This document shows positions 11,774-22,429 of a stretch of 64,000 bases of DNA, piece after piece. Both the position numbers and the translations under genes were made by a program. Every line of letters starts with the position of its first letter. The stretch's first letter is position 1. Where the stretch lies: contig NC_083276.1 of assembly GCF_963506605.1 (NCBI RefSeq), forward strand, positions 82,460,001 to 82,524,000. The letters are read 5' to 3'. Source of the DNA: Zootoca vivipara. Lineage: Eukaryota. The notes beneath the pieces are model-generated. The model did not search any database, had not been told where the DNA came from, and saw nothing but the letters and a program-made list of their open reading frames with translations.

Positions 11774-11977
11774 TTTGTAGAGGAGTGGAGATGAAAGGGA
11801 TCATTTCCAGAAGTTGATGGGTTGGGAGGCTGCATCAGAGGCTGAATAAAAGAAAATGCTGGATTGAGAAATTCCCAATCCCACTACAGGACTTTTTCCT
11901 TTCCAACTCCAAGGAAGTCCCCACATTTGCTCACCCCTGAAATAATCCAGTTGGCAACCCTGGGAATGGGTATAATA

Positions 11978-12208
11978 CAGTGGTACCTCTGGTTAAGAAC
12001 TTAATTTGTTCCTGAGGTCTGTTCTTAACCTGAAACCATTCTTAACCTGAGCTACCACTTTAGCTAATGGGGCCTCCTGCTGCTGCCACACGATTTCTGT
12101 TCTCATCCTGAGGTAAAGTTCTTAACCTGAGGTACTACTTCCAGGTTGGCGGAGTCTGTAACCTGAAGCATCTGTAACTCGAAGCGTTTGTTTCCCGAGA
12201 TACCACTG
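11978..12208. mobile_element. Tc1/mariner (Tigger-like) MITE
   Basis: TA followed by CAGTGGTACCTC ... GAGATACCACTG; same family as 63028-63263. Confidence 0.82.
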
Positions 12209-12934
12209 AAAATTAATTTGGATATGGGAAAGAGTAGAAGGGGAGAAGTGTATTTAAGAAAAACAGAGGATTTTTCTAAACTAAAATCTGGATTGAAGAT
12301 AGAGCTTGATTCACAAAGGGGATTTCAGCTAGCGCAGTGGTATTTTTGTCTCCCACCCCCTTTGTTTCTTAAATTCAGTGCTTGGGGAATAAATTAAGTT
12401 GGTGTGTAATGTAGAAGTTTAGAAGTGTCTGTTTGGGGTGTGAAATAAGGTCCCTGCAATTTTTACTTTCATGGACTACAATTCCCATCACATTCCGTGT
12501 CTTAGACACAGAGTTTGAGGAATTTCTTTTTTTATGTGTTTCAGTTTAAAGGAGAGGCTGGGAAAGTTCATCTGCTTTGTGCTACTGTCCCCACTTCTGC
12601 CACATAGCTTCCTGTGCCAGACAGGTAGACCTGCACAGTTGATCTTGTATGTTGATGTTAATGTTATGTGTTCTAATGAACTCAAACAGGAATCCCTTTT
12701 GGTACCTTAAACACTACCAAATTCTGTAATGGCATACCGTAAGTGTTGCTGGGGAGGGGGGGTGTCAATCATGTGGTCAGAAGGAAAGGAAATGCATACA
12801 GTACTGACTGGCAATTGCATCCTTATCACTGGCTGCTTGCAAGAGCTGTTCACGACAAGTAAAAGTTGCAAGGGCCTCTGTTCTTCCTTTGGCATGTGCT
12901 ATATTTGCATGTGCTGTATCCTTTGCATGTGCTG

Positions 12935-13260
12935 ACCTGTAGGAGTATCTCAACCCCCATTGTCCCGCCCAGACACTGAGGTCCAGCGCCGAGGGCCTTC
13001 GGGCAGTTCCCTTGCTGTGAGCCAAGTTACAGGGAACCAGGCAGAGGGCCTTCTCGGTAGTGGCGCCTGCCCTGTGGCACGCCCTCCCACCAGATGTCAA
13101 AGAGAACAACAACTATCTGACTTTTGAAGACATCTGAAGGCAGCCCTGTTTAGGGAAGCTTTTAATGTTTGATGCACTATTGTATTTTAATATTTTGTTG
13201 GATGCCGCTCAGAGAGGCTGGGGAAGCCCAGCCAGATGGGTGGGGTATAAATAATAAGTT
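12935..13260 (+). mobile_element. L2-clade LINE 3' fragment
   Basis: AGGGCCTTCTCGGTAGTGGCGCC (RAFSVVAP-type C-terminus) and terminus GGGGTATAAATAATAA. Confidence 0.75.
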
Positions 13261-13634
13261 GTTGTTGTTGTTTGTTTGTTTTGGTGAGTGCTGAAGGTGT
13301 GTTCTGCTTAATGCCATTGCTGCCCAATGTGATTAATGGGACCTACCCCTATGTTTCAAGTTTGGAACCTATAATCTCAGCAACTCCTGACCTGGAATGC
13401 TCCTGACCTGGAAACCCAAAAAGGATATCTTTTTCAGAGTTTTTCTTCTCCTAGATGGGCTATCTTCCCACCTTGACTAGCCCCATCTGCCTCTCCCTTT
13501 CCTCTACAGCAAGTGCGGAAGTGGCCTTCTTGAACATTGAACCCACTATTGGTCTTGTCCGCTCAATTTGACGGAGCCTGTCTTCACATGAAGGGGAAGT
13601 CCCTATCACACCAAGGCTTTGAGACCATGGCTAC

Positions 13635-14061
13635 TGTCACAGTGGCCGGAGCGGGCTACTTCAGAGTAACGACTCTACACAGCTCTGCATTTTATCTTTT
13701 ATTGGTGCTGCGTATTTACAGTGCTGAAGGCAATGCTATTTACAAGGACACATCTTCTCAGCTTGAATCAGAACCTCCGAATGGCGTTTGGCGCGTTTTT
13801 CTCCAACAAAACAACTTTGGTAGACCCATCCTCTTCCCTCTCCGCTTTCTGCGCAATTCCGGAGTTGGGGGGATGGGTCTGCCCCCCTTGCTTGCCCCTT
13901 CCTGTCCCACCTGGGACCCTGGCTCCGCTACCTTGTCTGAGCCTCGGACACGACTTCCTGCTTCCCTACTGGAATCGGAACTCTCCCTGCTTTCCCCTGC
14001 GCTCGGGGATGGGCTTGAACTCAGGAGGGGAGGGACTTCGCGATATCCCCTGTCCCTCACA
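13635..14061 (-). repeat. 3' LTR
   Basis: Differs from 19004-19430 at 2 positions by eye. Confidence 0.95.
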
Positions 14062-17000
14062 TCCATCCCCCTCCCAAGCTCCCCTTCTCCCCTCCCAGGG
14101 GGCTCCCCGGGTGTCGGTGACGACTGAAAGCCTAAAAACTCTGTACTTTCCAAGCCCGTAGGTGTGAACACCTCCCCCCAGTCCTGCGAGCTCCCTCCTT
14201 CCGCCTGGGAGGACTGAAATCCCAAAAAGTCTGTGGTGTCAGAGCTGGTGGGGGTAAAAATACGCTGCCAGTCTGCCTCTTCCTCTGACAGGGTGGACCT
14301 CGGAGACACCCATACCTCTTCCTCCGGGTCCTCAAACTCCGCTTCCCATCCCCATGGTGAACTGCTCTCCACTACTTCCTCCCCCTCCCCCTCCCCCTCC
14401 CTTTCCATGTGCCAGGGCTTGGGTCTGTGTGGGAAGAGGGCGTGAAATTCTTCCACCAAGAATTCCTCCTGTATCTGAGTGGCCGGGACCCATTCATTCT
14501 GGGACGGCGGGGCATCCTCCCATGCCATGAGGTACTCCAGCCCCCCCACCCCTCTCCTTGAATCAAGGATGGCCGTGGCCTCATTGAGTTGCTCCCTGCC
14601 TCCCCTCTCCCCCCCTCCCTCGGGGGTCTGTTCGCTGTCTCGGAGCCTGCTGCTTTCCCTGTACGGCGACAGCAGTGATCTATGAAATACTGGATGCACC
14701 CTCATGTCCTCTGGCAGTGCCAGCCTGAAGGCAACCAGGTTGACCTGTTGCATGACCGTGAAGGGGCCCAGCCGTCTGGGTGCCAGCTTTTTGCACCTCC
14801 CTCTGGTGGGAAGGCCCTCCGAGGACAACCAAACCTTGTCCCCCACCCTGATGACCTCCCCTTGTCGCCTGTGGCGATCTGCCCCCTTCTTGTACGCTTC
14901 CTTGGCTCTCTCCAAGTGTTCTCTGAGCTGCTGGTGCACCGTCTCCAGTTCCTCTGCCCAATCCTCTGCCTGTGGGCCCTCCTCCTCCTCCTCCCCCTCC
15001 CTCTCCGGGAAAGATCTGAGGTCGCGCCCGTAGTTGGCCTTAAAGGGCGACACCCCTGTGGAGATGTGCACTGCATTGTTGTAGGCAAATTCTGCCAGTG
15101 GCAGGCGATCCACCCAGTCCGTTTGCCTCTGGCTGACGTAGCATCTCAGGTACTGCTGCAGAATGGCGTTGACCCTCTCCGCCTGTCCATTGGTCTGCGG
15201 GTGCCGAGCCGTCGACAAGCTGACCTCCACCTGCAGGAGGTTCATGAGCCGCCTCCAGAACCTGGAAACAAATTGGCGGCCTCGATCCAAAATAACTCTT
15301 AAAGGTAATCCATGCAGTCTGAATACGTGGTCAACAAACAGTTTGGCTGTCTCTTCTGCAGAGACCGCCCTGGCACACGGTATAAAATGGCACATTTTGG
15401 ACATGAGGTCCACCACCACCAACACTGCGGTCTTGCCCCTGGACGACGGCAGGTCTGTGATGAAGTCCATGGACACTACTTCCCACGGCCTGTGCGGTGT
15501 GGCTAATGGCTCCAGCAACCCTGCTGGTGGTGCTCTGACCACCTTTGCTCGCTGGCAGGTGTCACAGCCCCTTACATAGTCCCGAACATCTTCCCGCACC
15601 CCTGGCCACCAGAAGTGTCTCATGACTAGGTGAGTGGTTTTGTCCCTTCCAAAATGACCCGCCGTTGGGTTGTCGTGCATCTGCTTGAGGACCTTACCTC
15701 TGAGCTGGTTGGTGGGCAGGTACAGGGCTCCCCTGTAAAAAAGGAGCCCCCCGCGTTCTGCAAAGTCCTTTGCCTGCTCCCTCCCCCCTCGCAGCTCTCT
15801 GAAGATGCGGGTGGCAAACTCATCTGCTGCCGTCAGTGCTGTGAGTTCTGCCTCGCTCACCACTGCTGCTCCGCAGGACCATGCTGATGGGGGGGGGGAA
15901 ATGTGCCGGGGTGCTGGTGGCAACTCCTCCTCCATGTACTCTGGCTTGCGGGAGAGGGCATCCGCCCTGACGTTCTGCTCCCCCGGTATGTAGTGGATGG
16001 AGAAGTTGAAGTGCGAGAAGAACTCTGCCCACCGTATCTGCCGCTGGTTGAGCACCCTGGCTGTTCTCCAGAACTCCAGGTTTTTGTGGTCTGTGCATAC
16101 CTGAATGGGGTGCTTGGCGCCCACCAGGAAATGTCTCCAGTGTTTAAACGCAGAATGGATCGCGAGAAGTTCCTTATCAAACACCGTGTAGTTGCGCTCT
16201 GGCTGGGTCAGCTTTCTGGAGAAAAAGGCACAGGGTCTCCACTCTCTGTCGGCATCCAGTTGCAGCAGGATCGCTCCCAAAACTCTGTCTGAAGCGTTGG
16301 TTTCCACGCGTAGGGGCGCATCCTGCACCACGTGGAACAGGTTCTGGTCTGAAGCGAACACCCTCTTGAGGCTTTCGAACGCTGCTTGCGCCTCCGGCGT
16401 CCACCTGAACTTCTGCTTGCCTCTCAGGCAGTCCGTGATGGGAGCCGTAACACGAGAGAAGTTCTTGATGAACTTCCTGTAGAAGTTGGCGAAGCCTAAT
16501 AGGCGTTGGGCATCTTTGCGCGTCCTGGGGCTGTGCCAGTCCAGGATGGCCTGCACCTTGTCCTTGTCCATCGCTAGCCCCTTGTCTGACAGCTTGTAGC
16601 CCAGGAAGTCCACCTCTTTGGTGTGAAACTTGCACTTCTCCAGCTTCACATACAGGTGGTGCTCCTTCAGGCGCTGCAACACCTCCCTGACATCCTTCAC
16701 ATGCTGCACTGGGTCATTGGAGTAAATAAGGATGTCATCTAGGAAGACCAAGCAGTTCTTGAAGAGGAGGGACCCCAGGACGTGGTGCATGAAGGCCTGG
16801 AAGCATGCTGAGCCCCGTTGCAAACCGAAGGGCATCACCAGATATTCAAAAGAGCCCAGCGGCGTGAACATCGTGGTCTTCCACTCATCGCCTTCCCGGA
16901 TCCTGATCAAGTTGTACGCCCCCCTCAGGTCGAGCGTGCCGCTGTCAGCAGATCGTCCACTCTGGGCATTGGGAAAGCCACCGGTTCTGTCATGTTGTTC

Positions 17001-17870
17001 AGCCGTCTAAAATCCACCACCAGGCGGCACTGTTGCGTGTCTTTCTTGTCCACCCAGAAGACCGGGCTGCCCCCTGCTGCCTTGCTTTCTCTGATGAACC
17101 CCCTCTTGAGGTTCTTGTCTATAAACGCACGCAGATCCTCCAGTTCCTGATCTGACATGGAGTACAGCTTGGCTGGGGGTAGCGTGGCCCCTGGCACCAG
17201 GTTGATCTGGCAGTCAAACGACCTGTGCGGGGGTAGGTGGTCGGATTCCGCTTCACTGAAGACCTCCTGCAGGTCCCAGTACGGCTTGGGTATCGCCTCA
17301 CCCCCCTTGACGTGCATGGTGGCCACCGTGGCTATTGGAGGCCCCTCCCCTGGTTGGTGCTGCATGCAATGTTCCAGACAAAAGTCTGATCCAAACGTGA
17401 TGCATCTCTGGTGCCAACTGATGGAGGGGTCATTGCGCGCCAGCCAGCTCATGCCCAAGACGATGGGGGGGTCTGAGATGGTGGTGACGTTGAATGCCAG
17501 TGTCTCAGAGTGCCGTCCCACCGTCATTCTCATGGGGGGGGGTCTGGTGGGTGATGGCCCCTCCCAGCAACTCCCTGCCGTCAATGGTGGAGACGTGCAG
17601 GGGAAAATCCAGCTGCAGAAGTTGGATCTGGTGCGCTTCTGCAAAGTTTCTCGAAAAGAAGTTGGCAGAGGCACCTGAGTCGATTAACGCGAGGACCGTC
17701 AGGGGATACCCATTAGGGAGCGTTAACGTCACTTCTAGAACCACCCCTGCTCTGGGGTGGGTGGGCTGGCGCTGCTCCTCGCTGTGCGGGTGGGTGGGCT
17801 GGGGCTGTTGTTTGCCGATTGCGCCTGGCTGCTGCCCCTTGTCTCCTGCAGCCAGGCTGTCTCGTTTCCC
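13758..17870 (-). pseudogene. pol: pol (protease, RT, RNase H, integrase, chromodomain, acidic tail) with two frameshifts
   Basis: LIDSGAS; VDFRRLN; LDLRGAY; MPFGL; FLDDILIY; TNASD (canonical TDASD); HHCC zinc finger; DDE core; GPF; chromodomain EYLMAWED...NEWVP. Frameshifts at the G9 run (17534-17542) and at a small deletion near 16936. Confidence 0.92.
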
Positions 17871-18961
17871 TGCTGTGGTGCTGCGTCAGTGGGGGAGGGC
17901 ACAACCGTTCCCGCCTTTCCTTGCCATTCCCTGCGATGTGGGCAGTCTCTGACGAGATGCTGAGGGGAGTTGCAGAGAAAGCAATTCCCGCCTCTTCCCT
18001 CCTTGCGTCTTGGCGCCGCTGGGGTTTGAAAAGCCCCCGCGCGCGCGCTATCAATTTGCATGGGTTCCTGGTCTTGGCTGGCCCCTGGCATGGCCTGAGA
18101 TGGCTGTTGGGGGAGTGGCTTCTCCTGCGACCGTGGGAACCAAGCTCGCTTTGCGCGCATTGGCTGCTTGTCGTTCCATCGGGATTCCTGTCTCACCCCC
18201 ACCGCCAGAGCCGCTTTGCTCAGCTGATCCATATTACTGGGCTTTGGACCTCTCGAGAGCTCATCTTTCACATCCTCATTCAACCCCAGGTAGAACGCCG
18301 CTTCCATCGGAGGCGAGTGCAGTTCCCACCCCAGTCTGTGCACCAGCTTGGTGAATCTTGACCAATATTCGCGAACTGTCATTTTTCCTTGTCGTAAATT
18401 ATGCAGTTCCTCTTTGGTCTGGTCCATATGGCTATCAGACGCATACATTGTTTTTAAAGCCCCTAAAAATAGTTTGACATCCTTCATGCAAGGATTTTTT
18501 GTCGCGATTAACGGTCTAAGCCACTCCCTGGCTGCCCCGGTAAGGTGTTCCACTATAAACGCTACTCTGTGCGCATCATCAGGGAACTCATCATGGTGCA
18601 GCTCAAGAGCATACACGATCTCAGTCTCAAAGCCATGATATCCCCTCGGATCTCCATTGAACTTGCTTACTAGGGTCCCTGCTCTCCTTCCTGGCAGCAC
18701 TTGGAGTTGGGGTCCCCTTCCTCCCTTGTTTTTCTCTGCATCCAGCTTGTTCTGGAGGTCCACCGCCACCGCCCTTAACTGCTGCTCTTTCTCCTGTAGC
18801 GCTCTCACCTGTTCCGCAAGGTGTTGCCTGTCCTCCTGGACCTTCTTCGTCTCTTCTTTAGCTGCCTTCAATTCTCCCTGTGCCTGTAACGCCAGTTGCT
18901 GCAGGTCCTGCTGGGCTTTCTCTGCGATCTGCCGCCATTTCTCCGCTTCTGGCGCGCTCAT
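17735..18961 (-). CDS. gag: gag, 408 aa (coiled coil, PEG10/RTL-like capsid, CCHC knuckle)
   Basis: First ATG at 18961 (MSAPEAEKW); KFNGDP; LRQGKMTVREY; CFLCNSPQHLVRDC. Confidence 0.92.
   Translation of the reverse strand: MSAPEAEKWRQIAEKAQQDLQQLALQAQGELKAAKEETKKVQEDRQHLAEQVRALQEKEQQLRAVAVDLQNKLDAEKNKGGRGPQLQVLPGRRAGTLVSKFNGDPRGYHGFETEIVYALELHHDEFPDDAHRVAFIVEHLTGAAREWLRPLIATKNPCMKDVKLFLGALKTMYASDSHMDQTKEELHNLRQGKMTVREYWSRFTKLVHRLGWELHSPPMEAAFYLGLNEDVKDELSRGPKPSNMDQLSKAALAVGVRQESRWNDKQPMRAKRAWFPRSQEKPLPQQPSQAMPGASQDQEPMQIDSARAGAFQTPAAPRRKEGRGGNCFLCNSPQHLVRDCPHRREWQGKAGTVVPSPTDAAPQQGNETAWLQETRGSSQAQSANNSPSPPTRTARSSASPPTPEQGWF
17823..17870 (-). promoter_or_regulatory. -1 ribosomal frameshift signal (gag-pol)
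   Basis: Slippery G GGA AAC (17864-17870), 6-nt spacer, perfect 10-bp stem GCCTGGCTGC/GCAGCCAGGC; the -1 frame is open into the protease. Confidence 0.85.
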
Positions 18962-19003
18962 CCCGGCAACTCCAAAGTAGCCCAAAAAAGATTCGGAGGT
19001 TGC

Positions 19004-19430
19004 TGTCACAGTGGCCGGAGCGGGCTACTTCAGAGTAACGACTCTACACAGCTCTGCATTTTATCTTTTATTGGTGCTGCGTATTTACAGTGCTGAAGGC
19101 AATGCTATTTACAAGGACACATCTTCTCAGCTTGAATCAGAACCTCCGAATGGCGTTTGGCGCGTTTTTCTCCAACATAACAACTTTGGTAGACCCATCC
19201 CCTTCCCTCTCCGCTTTCTGCGCAATTCCGGAGTTGGGGGGATGGGTCTGCCCCCCTTGCTTGCCCCTTCCTGTCCCACCTGGGACCCTGGCTCCGCTAC
19301 CTTGTCTGAGCCTCGGACACGACTTCCTGCTTCCCTACTGGAATCGGAACTCTCCCTGCTTTCCCCTGCGCTCGGGGATGGGCTTGAACTCAGGAGGGGA
19401 GGGACTTCGCGATATCCCCTGTCCCTCACA
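19004..19430 (-). repeat. 5' LTR
   Basis: TG...CA ends; AATAAA on the - strand at 19067-19072. Confidence 0.95.
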
Positions 19431-19922
19431 TCCACGATCATGTGGCCTAGCCAACCAGTCAAAGTCATTTCCCATGGTGTGGACACTGTCACATGTTGAT
19501 AGCTTCTAGGAGCCACAGGTGAGTACGGGCTGGGACAAAAGGTGGACAAAATACCCCTGAAGGAGCATGCCGTGTCTCCCACAAGAAGCACTAACCCTTC
19601 CCTAACTATGTAACTCAAACCTCTCAAACTAATATGCAAATCCAAATTCTGTTATCCTTAAGTGGGCATTCCGCTGAATTTTGTGGTGTAGTTCGCCAAA
19701 AAAGAGTTCAAAAATGCATATATTGGGGAAGCTGTTCATAAAATGCACATATTAGTGCAAATAAACTTTATCACCTTGGAGTAAATCCATTGCAAAAATG
19801 TGCATGTTACTCAAAACTGCATATAGAAAGGTGTTTATTAGGAGAAATTTGCACTAAAATGCTGATAAATTTTCATGAGGATTTTAAAAAGTACTTGTTT
19901 CAAATGTATTTTGCCATAAATC

Positions 19923-20858
19923 ATGGAATATATGAATCACAGTATTGTGACTGAATTCATCCTTCTGGGCTTTATGGAACATCCAGAGCTGTGGACCATT
20001 CTCTTCCTGGCATTTCTCTTGATCTACATTGTCACAGTCTCAGGAAATCTTGGCATCATCATCCTAGCCGCTCTTGATGCAAACCTTCATACCCCAATGT
20101 ACTTTTTCCTCAGCAACCTGTCCTTGGTTGACGTTGGCTATTCCACCACTATCGCTCCTAGGTTGCTGATGACCTTTCTACAAGAGAATAGCATTATTCC
20201 ATTCACAGAGTGTGCTATGCAGTTCTTCTTTTTCTGTATGTTTGGCACAGTTGAAACTTGCCTTCTAGCTGTCATGGCTTACGATCGTTTCACTGCCATT
20301 TGCAACCCATTACTCTATTATGTTGCCATGTCTACAAAGTTCTGTCTGTTGTTAGTAAAAGGTGCATATATTTGTGGATTTGTGAATTCAGCTGTTCAGA
20401 CTTCATTGATATTTAGCCTGTCTTTCTGCAGCTCAAATGTTATCGGTCATTACTTTTGTGACATTCCTCCCATCCTGAAACTTTCCTGTTCAAGCACAGA
20501 AGTGGCTAACACTGTACACTTTATCTTATGTACTGTGTTAGGTATGATCACTTTGTTGATTATCCTCATCTCTTATATCTACATCATATTTGCCATCCTA
20601 CGGATTCGCTCTGCCCAGGGCAGACACAAAGCCTTTTCCACCTGTGCCTCCCATCTCACGTCTGTCACAATCTTCTATGGGACCATCATCTTTATGTATC
20701 TGAGGCCCAATTCCAGTGTCTCAAAGGATGAAGATAAAATTGTTTCCGTGTTCTATACTCTTGTGATCCCGATGCTAAATCCATTCATCTACACTCTGAG
20801 AAATAAAGACATGAAGAATGCTTTCCTAAGGATGACAGGAAATATTTCATTAAATTAA
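19923..20858 (+). CDS. Olfactory receptor (MEY subfamily), 311 aa; intact ORF, possibly non-functional
   Basis: All OR motifs present; the upstream acceptor is missing and TM4 carries Lys146 (see findings). Confidence 0.9.
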   Translation: MEYMNHSIVTEFILLGFMEHPELWTILFLAFLLIYIVTVSGNLGIIILAALDANLHTPMYFFLSNLSLVDVGYSTTIAPRLLMTFLQENSIIPFTECAMQFFFFCMFGTVETCLLAVMAYDRFTAICNPLLYYVAMSTKFCLLLVKGAYICGFVNSAVQTSLIFSLSFCSSNVIGHYFCDIPPILKLSCSSTEVANTVHFILCTVLGMITLLIILISYIYIIFAILRIRSAQGRHKAFSTCASHLTSVTIFYGTIIFMYLRPNSSVSKDEDKIVSVFYTLVIPMLNPFIYTLRNKDMKNAFLRMTGNISLN

Positions 20859-21071
20859 GTCAGTTATTGTTCAAGATGAGTTTGAGTTTCCAATAGAGAA
20901 TAACCAAGAAGGCGTGTGTGTGTGTGTGTGTGTGTGTTTGCCCTGATGGGTTGCTTTTTTTGCCCATTCTACACTTAATAGTCAGTAGGTGCCATTAACA
21001 GTACATAGCATGGTTGGCTGGCATCTGTGTGTCTTGGGAGACAATGGATGAGTTTGTCCTCAGGGATGAAG

Positions 21072-21155
21072 CTAAATCCACTGATCTACAATCTGAGAAA
21101 TTAAGATGTGAAAGATGCTTTCATAAGGATGACAGTAAAGATTTTATTAGATTAA
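21072..21155 (+). pseudogene. OR C-terminal remnant
   Basis: LNPLIYNLRN*DVKDAFIRMTVKILLD*, followed by a copy (21155-21900) of the 3' flank of the OR at 8815. Confidence 0.85.
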
Positions 21156-22067
21156 TACATTTCCGCTTCAAGATGAGTTTGAGTTTCCAATAGATAAAAA
21201 TGTGGATTTGTTTTTTGTGAGCAGCCTGGTGAGTTGCCTGTTTCCCTACACCTGCTGAGTGTGTAAATAGGTTGATTCAATCATTTTGGTGGTTAGGTGC
21301 AGAAAGCAGGTTTAGCCTAAGTGACCTTCTTAGGAGTTGGCCCCAAGGCTGGCTTTTTGGACTCTTTGGCCCAGGGGCTGTCCTCAGAGTTTACAGTTGT
21401 CTTCTGCACTTACAGAAGTTTCCTTCTATATGATGGAACAAGTAGACTGTGAGTGAATTGTCTTTGTCCTGCACTATGTTACTCTGTTTTATTTATTTTT
21501 AAAATTATACCTCACCTTTATTTATCAGATTAATTCACAGTTGCTCCCATCTTAAAAAGCCAAAATAAGTAGTCTGAACTGCTAAAATCAATTTTTGTAC
21601 TCATTGTTAATAAACAGTTTACACCAACAGAAGGATGAAATAAAGCCACACTAAAACTTAGCAGAGTAAAATGGTTTTATCTGCTAATCTGAAGTGTAAA
21701 GTGGGGGAGATCAGATGAATGTCTCTCAGTAGGATCAGCCCGGGTGCTATGAAAGAAAAGGCTTCTCAACATGGTGGGACACATCAAAGAACCTCTGAGC
21801 CTGGTGCACAGGATTGTGTGAATTGCCACTAATAGCAGTGGGATTTATTTTAGGCCGAAATAGGCTGTGACTCCTTTTGCCTGGTGGGGTAAGGACTAGA
21901 GGATCCCCTTGTTTGAAATTATCAATTTGTCCCTTGGCACGGGGACAATCCCAGGGGAGCTGAAGGAAGCAGTGGTGTGTCCGCTCTTAATGAAAACTTC
22001 ATTAGACCCTTTAGATCTATCCAATTACCACCCAGTTTCGAATCTTCCGTATCTGGGTAAGGTAATT

Positions 22068-22420
22068 GTGTGGCGATGACCCTCCTTCCCATGAAATAAG
22101 ACACAAGACACACTGTATAGATTTTAATTGGGCGAAAAGGCCACAACTTTATTGGTTACGGATGTTGAGCAGTATTGGCTTAGGCATTGGAACCTAACCA
22201 CTAAATCTGACTGCAACCCGTGTGTTGCACTCTGTGAGAAGTTAACCACCAGCAAGGTGCCCAGTGATGTACATCTACCGGAACCGCCTTCTGTGGCTGC
22301 CGTTGGGGCATGCATTACGACCCTGACCTCCGCAGGCTCAGGACAAGCTCCGCCCCCAACACCTTTATCAGAATATTTCACTACTCTCTGGGCAGATGAT
22401 GACGTAATTCATGCTAATTT
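22068..22420 (-). mobile_element. Possible LTR fragment
   Basis: Begins TGTGGCG; has an AGACAC motif and a - strand AATAAA near 22150. No partner LTR or TSD found. Confidence 0.3.
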
Positions 22421-22429
22421 CCAATGCCT

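Larger units (their letters stand above)
13635..19430 (-). mobile_element. Full-length Ty3/gypsy chromovirus of the Tf1/sushi group; recent insertion, pol disrupted
   Basis: Two 427-bp TG...CA LTRs; gag, then PR-RT-RH-IN-chromodomain; polypurine tract just inside the 3' LTR at about 14062-14075. Confidence 0.97.

Noticed and set aside
13537-14161. Plus-strand ORFs of 139-196 aa across both LTRs
   Set aside because: Antisense shadows of GC-rich LTR/pol sequence, with no recognisable domain and ends running into unrelated flanks.
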